DNA of 64,000 nt from Paragordius varius (Eukaryota; Animalia; Nematomorpha): assembly GCA_964247055.1 (NCBI GenBank), contig OZ176055.1, forward strand, positions 4,464,001-4,528,000, in the 5' to 3' direction. Made by a program: the position numbers and the translations under genes. Each line of letters opens with the position of its first letter. The first letter of the stretch is position 1. Shown here one piece after another: positions 28,501 through 41,300 of this stretch. Under the pieces are notes generated by a model. It saw only the letters and a program-made list of their open reading frames with translations. It was not told the origin of the DNA and searched no databases.

Positions 28501-28732
28501 AGTGGAAAATACGTTTAGTTGGGTAAATAAATTAGAGTGTTTTAAAAGTCTAAACGCGATAAGTTCTTTCTAAAGTTTTATAACATAAAAAAACTTGAAG
28601 AGCTATTAGATCACTGTTAGATAGCATATCCATATTATATTCCTTTATGTAATATATGGTTCCATTTCTTGCACTTATACAACTTCTGTATAGTTTATCC
28701 TGACAAGCGCTTATTTCTAAGCTTAAATCCAT
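22576..28732 (-). CDS. STRAD: STE20-related kinase adapter (STRAD/Stlk) pseudokinase with a very large insert, about 817 aa
   Basis: 15 exons: 28732-28595, 28569-28461, 28438-28318, 28294-28093, 27194-27090, 26815-26719, 26595-26298, 25977-25811, 25404-25265, 24678-24560, 24468-24351, 24157-24004, 23678-23435, 23363-23157, 22810-22576 (2454 nt, divisible by 3). Motifs match STRAD as recalled: HRNVSCKNVFLLSEGKALLGG (human [21 protein letters not shown]), IFDFP, SPEALAQDLRGYNGKNDIYSLG, ILLEKISGKVP, FSSEFRAFVLACLTFDPEERPS, and WNF near the C-terminus. HRD and DFG are absent. Confidence 0.9.
24731..24885. repeat. Near-perfect inverted repeat (70/71-nt arms, 14-nt loop) in STRAD intron 9
   Basis: 24731-24800 is the reverse complement of 24815-24885 apart from one A indel. 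Confidence 0.95.
28295..28317 (-). other. 23-nt GT-AG intron (STRAD intron 3)
   Basis: GTATAATGCATTATATATAATAG. Removal restores HR|NVSCKNVFL colinear with the STRAD catalytic loop; retention shifts the frame. Confidence 0.85.
28439..28460 (-). other. 22-nt GT-AG intron (STRAD intron 2)
   Basis: GTAATAATTTATTTGTATCCAG. Removal gives FVEYG|NIEYLI (human FMAYGSAKDLI); retention gives a stop 10 codons later. Confidence 0.85.
28570..28594 (-). other. 25-nt GT-AG intron (STRAD intron 1)
   Basis: GTTTTTTTATGTTATAAAACTTTAG. Removal gives ALQ|KELIAFRLLKHSNL (human FLQGELHVSKLFNHPNI); retention hits the stop at 28550. Confidence 0.85.
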
Positions 28733-28783
28733 CAGTCATATGTCTTGTTTTTAATCGGTGCCATATGACACGATTTAAACCAC
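28733..28783. promoter_or_regulatory. Candidate 51-nt bidirectional promoter with dyad GTCATATG(T/G)C motif
   Basis: Lies between divergent ATGs (28732 on -, 28784 on +). GTCATATGTC (28735-28744) and GCCATATGAC (28760-28769) form a 9/10 inverted pair around a 15-nt spacer. Promoter function is inferred. Confidence 0.55.
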
Positions 28784-31700
28784 ATGGATCGATTGGTTCA
28801 AAAAATATTCGAGGACACTATCGAGCACATAACGTTGGGAATTGTATTTGGTATTCATAGACAAATAAAGTTTGGAATTATAACACATGAATCTCTGAAT
28901 TATGCTGGTAAATTGTTATAATTATATTAGAACTTAAGTATAAAAACCGGTCGTATTCGAGGAACCCTAAGATCCCAACAACTTCTTATGATGAAATTAA
29001 ATCAATCCAATGTGTATGCCCTAATTGTAATAGATCCATCGCAGCATGTCGATTCGCACCTCATTTGGAAAAATGTTTGGGAATGGGAAGAAACAGTTCT
29101 CGATTAGCTTCTAAGAAAATTAAGAAATCCATATATTTGGAAAACATGAATAGTGATGAAGGTGACTTGGATAACAATGTAATTAAAACAGAATTTACAA
29201 ATGATTATTTTGGTACCGACAATAATACCATCAATTCTGCAAACTATGTGGAATGTATTCCTCCACTAATTGCAACAACCATATCTAACGATTCCAATTC
29301 ACACAAGAAAAATGGTAATAAAAGCAAAAAAACTTGTAAAGAAAAGAAATCCAAAAATAATGCAGACACATTAAATAATGAATCACCCAAAACTGTTGGC
29401 GATCCAGAAGCCACAATAGTATCGATCGGGATAGGGACCATAAATTTACACAATTATCTTTACACGACTCGTAATGCTATGACTGATTCGATTGAATCAC
29501 CCGCAATTAATTCGATCACAAATCGCAGCCTAAACAATATATTGACTGAGCCTGATAGCTTACAAGCAAGGCGATGTACGCGCAGAAATGCCCAACAACA
29601 AAATCAGGTGTGTTTATATTTATCTTATGACAAATTTTTAACAATATGTAGTGATTCCCTTATAATGACATTAATGGTGACAAAATGCATGGCTCAGGAT
29701 CCTTATTGTAACTTTTTAGATAAGATTAATTTTCTAAAAACAAATTCCAAAAATGTAAAATAATATATACAAATATAATAAAATATAAGAATTTTTTGTA
29801 ATTTTTGGCTAAAGTTATACCCAACTTTCAAACAAATAAGTTGTGGGAGGTACATTCAATAAACCCATATATCTAAAAAACTAGGACTTTGATGAAATCA
29901 GAAATGTTTATGACAGCATGAGCTCTTAAGTAAAAGTGTTATTATAGATTTGCTCCACTGTCTGATAACGTCTGTAAAGAATATAAGTTAAGATTTTATT
30001 AACTTTGTCGGGTTATCAACTAATATTTGAGTTATAAATTTTATATCTTGTTTGATCTCATATTTTACGGTTGTTTTTGGAGGGTTCGATGGTTTGGTTT
30101 GATTTGTCGTCGTTCTAATATGGTTAACATATTTAAATCTGCTATTTTGTATAATCTCTTGAACTTTATACTTAAATCATAGGATAATAATTTAAAACAA
30201 TATGTTTATAACTATATCGCTTTTATATCTGTTAGTTTTTATGGCCAACATCAACTAAAACAAATGAGGTTAAAGATTCACTAACTATTATCGATAATTA
30301 CACCATACTTAATTTATCCAAAGATCCTTTGACACCTGGCTGTATATTAGTTCTGAAAGCTAGCTATATTACTAAAATGACTCCGCAAAATGGTATAATT
30401 AAATATTAATTACTGATTATATGTTTAAATCGCAGTGTGTAAATAATATTTTAAATTTCAGTTATTATACCCCTTTTTGTGAAAAGCACTATACAGTAAC
30501 GAGAGCTATTACAGGCCATATCTGTCTTTAATGGCTAAAGGGGTATTTATTTTAAATCTGTCATTTATAAAATTTTTCATGTTATTAGTTACATATTTAA
30601 TTGAACACTGTATTTTTTCACCACATTTTCAAAAATGTAACTAATAAAAACATCTCATACATGGGACTAAATACCTTTTTAGCCATTTAATTCTAATGGC
30701 CTGAACTAGTGCTCGTTACTCTACTACTTAAAAATATTCACAAAAAAGTCATCGCTTTCGAAAAATATTGACTATAATTGGTTGGCACAAATATCAAAAA
30801 ACAGTTTTTAGGCCAAAAAACCGAACAGGTTTTCACATTTTTAATTAAAAACTGAGAAAAGGAGTATTTTGAAACTAATGCGAATTGTGTTGATTGAGTC
30901 ACATTTTCATCATAAGGCGGTTTTCATCAAAAATTATAATCTAAAAAATTTATGATAAAAATAGGAAATATAGGACTCGGAAAAAAATGTCTTAGTTACT
31001 AAAACCTGTTAACCCAAAAACTAAAAGTTTGTCATAGTTTTATAGGATCTTAATTTTTTATATAGGCATTCAGGATTAAGGTTGTAAGTTTAATGGGGGT
31101 TTTTACACTATATAAGAAGTATTATTCTTTATTATATAGTTCAGTTAAATAACACCCTGGTGGATGTTCATCAAACTACATCGGCCACAAGTTTCTTGCG
31201 TCGAAGATACAGTACGAGTTTGGGTCCTTCCACAACCAAGCCTTCAAGGTGGTTGGCACAAGTTGTACCCGATTCTGTACTTTTATCTTCGGCCGAAACT
31301 GAACAACAACAGACTGCTGGACCAAGCAAACAACACCAGCAACTTCATAAAAGAAATGCCCAAACCCGCACAAATACTACCCAATACGTAACAGTAAAAT
31401 GGTTAGACATTATTATGAAACCATCATCTACTCCTGAAGATGTCAAACAACGACCACCGACTATTTCACCCATTTTTTCTGATTATTCGTTCAATGACAA
31501 TTTTTCATCAACTGCTATCCACACTTCTACTACACATGTATACAAATTTGTTGATTATGACCAACTATTGGTTGCGAATGAAAACGCTGACAATACAATT
31601 ACAGGAAAAACGATCGAGAGAATAAAAACTAACCCACCCACAAACTCGCTTAAAAACAAACCAAATTATTTGAGCAACAAACATGATTCTACCGTCAAAG

Positions 31701-31849
31701 AACAATACCAAATTATTGATATTGACGCCATAGCTTTGGCAATAAAATTTAGGCATTCAATAGATGATAACCCTGATAAAGTTGTGAATGATGCATTTAT
31801 TAGCGAACGAGCTTTGCAAAGCTTTAAATCTGCATCCTTAAGCTCTTAG
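28784..31849 (+). CDS. SGF11: SAGA-associated factor 11 homolog (SGF11/ATXN7L3), about 501 aa
   Basis: Exons 28784-28907, 28931-29607 and 31145-31849. N-terminal helix [24 protein letters not shown] and zinc finger [33 protein letters not shown] match the family. The last exon has no recognisable domain and is joined on phase (0/0) and position only. Confidence 0.88.
28908..28930 (+). other. 23-nt GT-AG intron (SGF11 intron 1)
   Basis: GTAAATTGTTATAATTATATTAG. Retention gives an in-frame TAA; removal joins the N-terminal helix to the zinc finger. Confidence 0.88.
30494..30722. mobile_element. MITE family B (TA-flanked, about 55-nt imperfect TIRs), copy 1
   Basis: CAGTAACGAGAGCTATTACAGGCCAT...AATGGCTAAAGGGGTATTTA is inverted to TAAATACCTTTTTAGCCATT...ATGGCCTGAACTAGTGCTCGTTACT. 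A related copy lies at 50632-50858. Confidence 0.65.
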
Positions 31850-32340
31850 ATATTAAAATGCTATATTTTTGTTTCACATGTAGATCTAATAAATTAATAA
31901 AAAAATAAAATCCTTTTATTAATGATAATGTAAGAGTTTAGGCATACACTCTTTAAAGATAAATTTACCGCCTGCAATTATATTTTATTGGAAACATTAT
32001 ATATATAAGTAATTGATGAATGCTAACAAGCACTGAACTAGTCAGTTACTACTATTAATTTATTGAAGATGTTGTCCCAAAAGGAACGTATCTGACTAAA
32101 AATCGCTTCTTTTCACTTTTTTAGATTTTAAGTTTTGGTGTTTTGCAAAAAAATTTTGTATTAATAGAAATTACAAAAACCGTTATATGAAATGTATGAC
32201 TTTCACCCAATATAAACATATGAATTAAGATGAATTTATAATGGATTGAGAACATGCGTATCATGATGAGTAATTGATATTAAATCTGGTAATTATATAT
32301 ATAAATTATAAACTAAATGTCAATGAAATACTAGGTTGTG

Positions 32341-35300
32341 CTATGAACTACATTTACTATCGTCATGATTTAAGTTATTAACATTTAATATTGGTTCCAA
32401 ATTGGTTTCCTCATTCTCTGGTATCGTGAGGGGTAAAAACACAATTTGATGAAGGCATGTTGGGGTACATGGTTTCGTACAATTTTCATTAATTAAATTA
32501 TCAGTTGTTTGGGTTGAGTGCAGATTTAATTCGGCTCCAGAATTAGTATCGTTTTTTGGTGAGTTTTGGGCAATTGAAGGGTAATGACTAGAAGTTAGTT
32601 TATTTTCTAGAAATAAGGTTGTACATGTTGATCTTACTACTGATGTTGTAGATGGTGTTGTCATTGGATTCATTAGCGATGATATAATTACCGGGCTGGG
32701 ACTATTTTGTGACATTAGTTTTTGTCTCACCTATAAAAACAAATTATTACATTTTATATGGCAGTATAAAAGATTATCCAATTGTTCATACATAATATTT
32801 CTTTGTAAATTAGATGGTAGAATATTTTTATAGATTAATTCATGCATTTATACTCTTCATTTAAGAGAATTTTTGATAAGAACTAATAAAAAATGATAAT
32901 AGTGTGGTATAAATTTATCTTAAAATTCATTTTTAAACGGGATTGCCAATATGTTGGTCTTGCAGGTATAAATTTGATAAGAAAAAAAACCTCTCTAATT
33001 TTCAGAGTCAAGCACATTTTGGTGGGGAACAAATTTTTATGTTGTTGTTGAAAAGCAGTTACGGCTTTGGAGGATGGGAATAAGGAATGATCTTTGAATA
33101 ATTTTAAGACTAGGATTCGCCGACGGTCTAATGTGTAACGGACGTTTGTGTAATTGGGAGTTAATGTATCTTTATTTCATTAATAAATAAATCATATTAA
33201 TTTTAAAAGGATAATACATAAAATTAAAATAAATCAAAATACCTTTGTTAATACTGTCACTGTGCGAACCATGTTTGTTAGTAGATAAATTGTCTTTTGG
33301 TTTATCATTCTCTTTCATCGCGGTTAAATCGACATCTTTATGGGGGTATTCGCCTTCAAGAGATGAATTAAGTGCGGCATTTGCCAAGAGATCAAGACTA
33401 AAATTTTCACCAAAAAAATAAGAATCGTCCTGGTCTTTTTTGTCAGAGTTTCCTTGGGAAAGACCGGTGTCAAAATTATTTTGATCATTGTTTAGGGTAT
33501 ATAGGTCGGAGGAATCTACATCTACAGTTTTGTTTTGGGTAAGCAGCATTTTATCATCGGGTTTGATGGAATTGTTAACAGATTTTTTACGCTTATAAAA
33601 AGTCTTCTCCTGTGCCGAAAGTGGTAATTTTGGTGTGGATGCCATTAAAAGGGGAGAACAGCTTTCAATCAACTCGACAGGCAAAGAACCTGAATTTGTA
33701 AAATTCATAATACTAACTTAAGGAAAAGTTAGATTTATTTTAAATTAAAATTATAGTTTAATAAATAAGATAATCGAATTAATTTTTAAACAGGCATAAA
33801 TTTTACCATTTAAAGCAATTTTCCTTTTTTTCCGATAACTCTCTAGCAATAAAACCGGACTGGCAGGTAACAAATCAATTTTATTCGCCAATTTACAAAC
33901 ACCAGCATTATTAGTTTGTCCGGCAAAGAAATCCGATTTTGTTTCGGAATTCAATTTTGCTAAAGCAGAAGTTTTATTGGCTTCCAGACTACTGTGCCCC
34001 AAGTTTGCATCTTTTGTTTCGTTTAAAGCGATTATAGGTGGTTTTCTATTATCTGTATCATCTGCAAAAGGAATGGTATTGATACATGAGCCAATATGCT
34101 GAGGACTAGACTTTGATATGTTATCACACCGAGTTAACCCGTTAGAATTATTGTTTATTACCGTTTTGCAAGTTATGGTTGTGGGAAGGGGCTGTTGAAA
34201 AGTCGGCAAAGCAGCGAGTTTCTCGGTAAATTTAACTTTGTTTAACACACTAAATTGTATAGATGAAAAAAAGTTGATATAAAAATTTTTATATAGGAAG
34301 ATGACAAGATTTTTATGGTAACATAGAATAGAAAATAACATACTCGTTATAGAAATTATTTTGTTTGAGTACTATTTGACCAAGGTAGGGATTAGCATTT
34401 ATTTCTATTATATAAAAAAATCAAATATATAATCGCAATATATGGAAAGCTAATGTAATAAATATGATAAAAGTCTAAAAATATCCGCAAAATTAATTGT
34501 ATCGCAAACTATCAGGTGTATTCATAGAAAGTTGTTATCGGTTTAACTAAGAGAAGACGTCAAAAGTATGCAGACGATTAATTTTACACAGAGCCCATTT
34601 TGTTTATCTCACATTAAACTACAAACAAATAAATGTTGAGTTCACAAAAAACTAACTATTTATCATTTTCTAATCATGCCGAATTTTGTGGCTAGAAAAA
34701 ATTTGCGGCAATTGCTATAAGAAGAATAAGGCTGTTGATTTATTGTTTGCGGGCAGATACATATGGTGAAGCTTTATCGATTACCACTTGGTAATTGGTT
34801 TCGTACTATTAAAAGTGATTTCATGTGAAAGAATTGGCGCACTGTTAGACTGCACAACAGCAAAGACGCTAAAGTCCAAAAGTCATTGATTTATGAACCA
34901 ACTCATACTAAACAACAATTGACAGAAGCATTACATAGTCCAAAAAAATCAATAGATATCTACGAGCAATGGGGAAAACTACTCTGTAAATGAGTACCAC
35001 ACAATTTGAATGATCGTCAAATCGTAAACAAAGTGATTTGTGAAATCTGCTTTAACGGTACAAAAAGAAATTATTTTTGCATTGAATAAAGACAAGTGAT
35101 GAGTAATGGCTTTATTCTGTAAATCCAACGTTTAAAAATCGTGTTCATCATATCAAGCCGTTCCATCCGCAATAAGGCCAAATCGCTTCAGCAAGAAAAC
35201 CATGGTTTATGTCCTGCGAGACTAGGGCATTGTACATAAACTTTTGAAGTCAGATAATTGTTAATACTCTACACTATCTCAATGATAATTATAATAGTGC

Positions 35301-38300
35301 ATTTATCAAAAAACAACCGGGAAGACCAAAAAACATGAAACGATTTTGTTATATAACAATGCCCCGTCGGGCACAGTCAGACCATTATGGGAATTTTTTC
35401 TGCATCTGCTGAACTCTCCTGAACACAACCTCAGAGCAGCACGTAAATAACTTCGAAGAAGTTGGAAAATGGCTTAACTAATGGCTCTCCGCAAAAGTCA
35501 ATCAATTTTTTGACCTCACAATCATGTATTACCTGAGAGATGAGCGATATGTGTAGAAGCCAATGTACAATATTATGAATAAAATAAAGGATAGATTTTT
35601 TTAAAATTTACATGCGTTTTTACTTAAAAACCGGTTAAAACTTATTAATACACCTGGTATAATAGAGGTACCATACATAATTTCAGAAGCGTAGCTTGCA
35701 TTTCTGCGCTCGGTGCATGAATCCCTGATGGCGCCCCCACCCCCTCTATGCGACCCCTTGCATTTTTAAAAAAAAATGAAATTCGAACCGTGATCGTGAC
35801 CCATCAATTGGTGATTTTTTCATGTATCATTCAAAATAATAACTTTCAAATACCTATTTTTTTGGAATAAAATTAAAATAATCCGACGCCCATTTAATTA
35901 TGGTGGGCGCATCAGCCCTTTCCCTCCTGTGGCTATGCCTCTGCATAACCTTCTTAAACATAAGTCTGCCAACATAAGAAATTTTTTAAAAATAAAATTA
36001 TACCCTTTTTTGCAAACTTTTGTGGGAAATCCAAAGTTGTAAGAGATGGCACATTCAAATGGATGTTCGATTGTTTTTGTATTGATTCCAATAATAATGA
36101 GCCAGAAAAATCTGTCACACTTTTTAAACTGTTTTGGCTCGTAGTTATCTTTGGCAATATATTGATATTTTGACTTTTTGCGAACGATATTGAGTTACTC
36201 TTAGAATAACTAACATTTTCTAAAATGTTAAAATTTTTGGCGTTCGTAGTGGCGTAAGACAAATTTGGAAAAATTCGAATATATGACGTATTCATAGATT
36301 GTGAACTTATTGTTAATGTGGATAAATTTTGTGACGCAACTGATGTTGTCGTTAAAAATTCTTTTCTTAAAGTAGCCTGTAATTGACTAAAAAAAATAAG
36401 AAAATGGCATTAATAAAATGGCAGGATATGGCAAAAATTTAAATATTATAAACTTTTGATGATTTTGATTCAAATTGACTAATTTCAATGGCACCGGTTT
36501 ATTCAAACTAGTTGATGGTAATGGAGCTAGATCTAACAATGTCATGGGATCTATATATCAATATAAATTGTATAAAACCAAAATCCATAAAATTTCATGA
36601 AAAAAATAATGAGCAATCTTTAATTGTACCATGTATAATCCTCTTAAATATGCTTGTCAAATCATTAAAATGTTAAATAATTTGGATTGTAAATATAAAC
36701 ACAGAATTTTAATTTTATAACGATTTGCTCGCTATAAATATTTTTCTTTAATTTATAGTTTTTTTCAAAACACAGTGCATTTTATCCTAATCGCTTTGCG
36801 GATTATAATTTTATAAGAAAGTAGGGACTAGTTAGTAAGTACAGAACGTATATATTAATACCAGAAACTGATTGCAAGGAAGTGATGGTTGTACTTATAT
36901 CATTTTCCTCCAATTTCTCCGTATTAATTGCGGCCGTAATGTCTTCATAGGTATTACTTGGCATTGTTGTGCCGCATTTTCTCCTTTCTCTATTACACCA
37001 TTTCCAATCTGGGTAAGTTTTGTAATGTGCTTCTTTAACCTAGCATGCAAAAATATGAAGAGAAAAAGTCATATAGTTTAAGAAGTCGAATTGATGTATG
37101 AAAATTTGTATAAACCAGATAATAATAAAAATTGAATAAGTTATAGATTAAAATATGAATAATTTATACCTGTGAAGCCAAATCATAATACATTTTTTTA
37201 CGTTCTGGTTCAAGAACATACCACCATTCCCCAAGAATCTTTGAAACTGATCTATTATCTTTGTTGGGGTGTTTGGCATGTACCATAGGTCGATGCCTCT
37301 TACTAAATATCATAAAAGCGTTCATGGGTCTGCGGATGTGATTTATTGAAAAACCTATGATATATAAGAGAAGTTAGGCCATTTTGTATGACTCGCTCAT
37401 AAAATTGCAAAATAATCGATTTAATGGACCAGTTTTAAACTTAAAAAGAAATAAAAAATAAGATATTTTTCAAAATGTGGTAAATTCTCAACTACCTGAT
37501 GGTGTTAAGGTCGTAAAAGTTGGTTTAATGGGCGACATCGTAGAATGCTCACTTTTGAACGCAATATTTGTAATGCTTGTTGATAATGATTCGTTCGAAT
37601 AAATGGATGAACACAATAAATGTGTGGACGCATCAGGACAATAATCAATTTTATCAAGAGGTTTGGGGACAAGATATGACGAATTTATTTCTATTATTAA
37701 TATGAATTAATCTTTATTTTGAAATTTAAAAAATTTCAATTAAAAACAGTAATATATGTAACAAATTTTAATTTACCGTCATTGGCGAGATTAACATCTC
37801 TTCCAAAATCCAGCATTTCAGGGGCGGATGATGGGCGTTCTTTGGGCTTTACAGTTGAAATTTGCTTCTGTCGATATAATGTATTTTTATTTTATATATT
37901 TAAACTAAACAAATATTTTTCATTAATTTAGTTTAGATCACAAATAGTTTTATTTGGCTAATTGGTTATTTTATTTTTATAGAGATAATGTTATTTACTT
38001 CGTGAAGTGTCATGTTGGATAAAGGTGCGTTTGTAGGTATCAGACCATCAGGTGTTTGCTGATTATCTAATATTATATGGGTATTTTATATAAATATATT
38101 AAGTATGAAGCATAAAAGTTTTTATTTTCAAAGAAAAGGTAAATGTGTATTTTCCTTATCTAAAACCGAAAAAACTGCAGAACGATTAACTCATAATAGT
38201 TCGACTTACGATATTGAGACAACCAAAAGTACATGACAATCACTTCAATATTTGTATCAAATAAAATGGCTCTTTAATTACATAACTCCTCGTTCTGTGT

Positions 38301-41300
38301 TACCATCCCTTAAATTGGATAAAATTGATTTATTTATTTATTAAGTTTTATAAGCTTACCAACAAAGTATGAAATTGGATCATATATTTCTTGACTACTT
38401 TACAAGCCCTGACAAAAAGTTGTATAATTCCAATCCAAAGCTTTAGTGTCTCTAAGTGTAGCCCTAAATGGTGTCCAACACAAATGACTTCGGGAACCGC
38501 ATTTGAAAAATATATGGACATTGATATTTCATTAAATTTTGACACATAAGACTGTTTTTGCAAAAACAATATAACTGCTATGTATTTAACCAACATTTGT
38601 TTATGTAAGACTTATTCAAAAAAATTTGTTCAAGAAATATCAATTTTTCAAAGATTTTGTGAGCATATTGCGAATTATAAAATTTCCTATTATATATTAG
38701 GTATTCTTCAAAAAAATTCGGCCTGCACATAATATTTCGGGAAGCCACATGTTGGACACCCTTGGTCCTGCCCACAAACTGCTTAAAAATAAAAACCTGT
38801 GGGTTGACAAACTAGCTTACAGTGTAATATAAACTTTATGCAATTTGACATCCCAAGAACAGTAGAGGATATATTTGCGATTTGCCAACTGCTAAAACAC
38901 CTAAGGCCTCTACATTAAGCCTATTCGGCATTTGATTCTGTTTCCGTTCTAGATCATTGACTGTCCATACGACAAGGGTTAGACAAGATGTAATCACCTT
39001 TTAGAAGCTCTTTACTAAACATAATTATCTCCAGTGTTGGTGATGCAAAACCAATCAATTGTGATAATGGCTTTTCATCAAAATTTAATTATAAGTTCTT
39101 TATTTATAATTATTTATCGTTTGAGCTCCTTTATGCAAATAACTGAATCTTGCATGATATATCAGTGAAAGTTTTGGAATAAAACTAATGAAAAGACATT
39201 TTGGCTACATTTGTTTAAAACATTATCACATCAATAACTCATTTATGAGAATAACACGTTTTCAAAAACCGATCATGTTTTATCATTCGTTAGATGTAAC
39301 GTTTGATACGCATTCGTTCCACATCGCATTCAAAATGTATTTAAATTTCATAAGCTGAAATTTTTAGCGCTACCATATGGCCTGCCATATTGTATAGATT
39401 TTACACATGATCAATCCCGAAATCTAAATATCTTTTACTCCAAAAAGCTATGATGCCGCTAAACCCATATTTCAGGCATCCTCGATACCAACTAAACCTA
39501 TATCAAAGTACTCAATCTGCAAACTAAAAACATCGATTACGTTGACCTATGTTCACAAATCCAAATTTTATAAAGATATTACAATTATACGCATCTAATC
39601 GAAAATAAGTAGCCCATGTAATACTTGGACACATGCCATATAAAAGGTGCAACACCTAAACAACAAACGAAAAGTTTAAATTTACTATTTTTTTGAAAAT
39701 TTTATCAAATGTAGCATATGGTCAAAAATATATTCAAAATTTAATGAAAACATTTTACTAACCATATTTTTTCATATTTCCCACTGTTCCAAGATTAATA
39801 AAAGGATCTTCATCATCAATAAAATCATTGTTTTTGGACAATTGTTTTGTGTCAACCGATGAAATAGCGTTATCCAAAATTAAAGTTAATGATGTACTAT
39901 CAGACTTATTAACAATATTGTAGGAGGAATCCGTATGGTGCATATAAGAAAGTGAAACATTTGGAATTTTAAACAATGTATCCGCATTTGCAGGGTTAAA
40001 TGTTGAAATTGTCGAAAAAACTGATGAAATTGATGTGGTAAGAGCGGTTACTATTTTCGTTTTAGAAAGGGCAACTAACATGTTTGCTATATCATTATCA
40101 CTTAAAATTGTTTTATTCGCAGTTGGATTTAATTGAGTTGTTCCAACGCTTAAGCAAAATTTATTCACGTGGGTTAATATGGTATCAGGCAATGAAATTT
40201 TGTTTGGTACTAGGCTAATATTTAGATTTTTTAACAAAGATCCACTAAAATTAGGGCCTAAATTGGGGATGTTCACTGTTGTATTATTATTTAGAGGATT
40301 AGAATAGGTTGTTTGTATTGATATTTTTTCAGAACCGGTAGGCGCTCGAAGAAGAGGTTGAGACACAAAATAAGATGTTAATCCACAACCCAAACTGGGA
40401 ACGTTTTGCAAATTTTTCGCCATTATCGGTTGAGATTGTGAAAAATTTGATTGAATGCCTGTTTCATGATAACTAATCGATTTCTTAGTACCATTTATAT
40501 TTGGTCCAAAATTATTTGTTATGCAAACATTGCTATATTTGAAATTGTTAATAGGACAGAGGGTGCGAGAATTGGTATTATTTAGATAATAAAGTACATC
40601 ATTGAAAAACGTGGTTGTTGTATTAATATTAGCACTCTTACAATTCGAATCGAAAGTATTTTTAGCGTTGTTTGATTTTAAATCATTTAGCATGTTGATA
40701 TTTGACATAGCATTATTTAAATTATTACTGTTATTCAAGACATAAACAGTGGGGCTCAGTACGTTACTGAAAGGAGAAGATGATATTACTATAGAATTAA
40801 TAGGCATTTTAGCTATTGTTTTTGAGCCTGATACGTGATTACTACAATAATTAGCGATTTGCAAATCAGTACTAGCGCCATTAAATTGTGATGAAACCGT
40901 CATACAACTTGTCACAGGGGCAATGCTCTCATAATTGCTGTTATTGAAGTTATTGTTATTATTAAATATAGAAAAGGGCCTTAAATGCGGAACATTTATT
41001 TGAGGCGTTGAAATTAAGGTTATTTTCGGAATATTCAAACACAAATTTTTGCCGCCATTGTTAACGTAAACATTCAAGGGTGTCAAATTTATATTATTGT
41101 GACTGGAGGGGAAAACAAGGCTTTGAGTAACATTTGAAACGCTATGGTTATTAAGCACCATGTTTAATCGGGCCAAATTCAGACTTGGGATCATTGCAGT
41201 GGATATAGTCAAGTTTTTTATTATATTATTGACATTATTATTGGAAGGTACCATGGAATACACCAGATTAGAAGTTAAATTAACGTTTGGTGTTGGCATA

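Noticed and set aside
28669-28860. 63-aa + strand ORF spanning the STRAD/SGF11 junction
   Set aside because: No ATG at its annotated start, no recognisable homology, and it overlaps two conserved CDSs in other frames. Only its tail is relevant, as a possible uORF.
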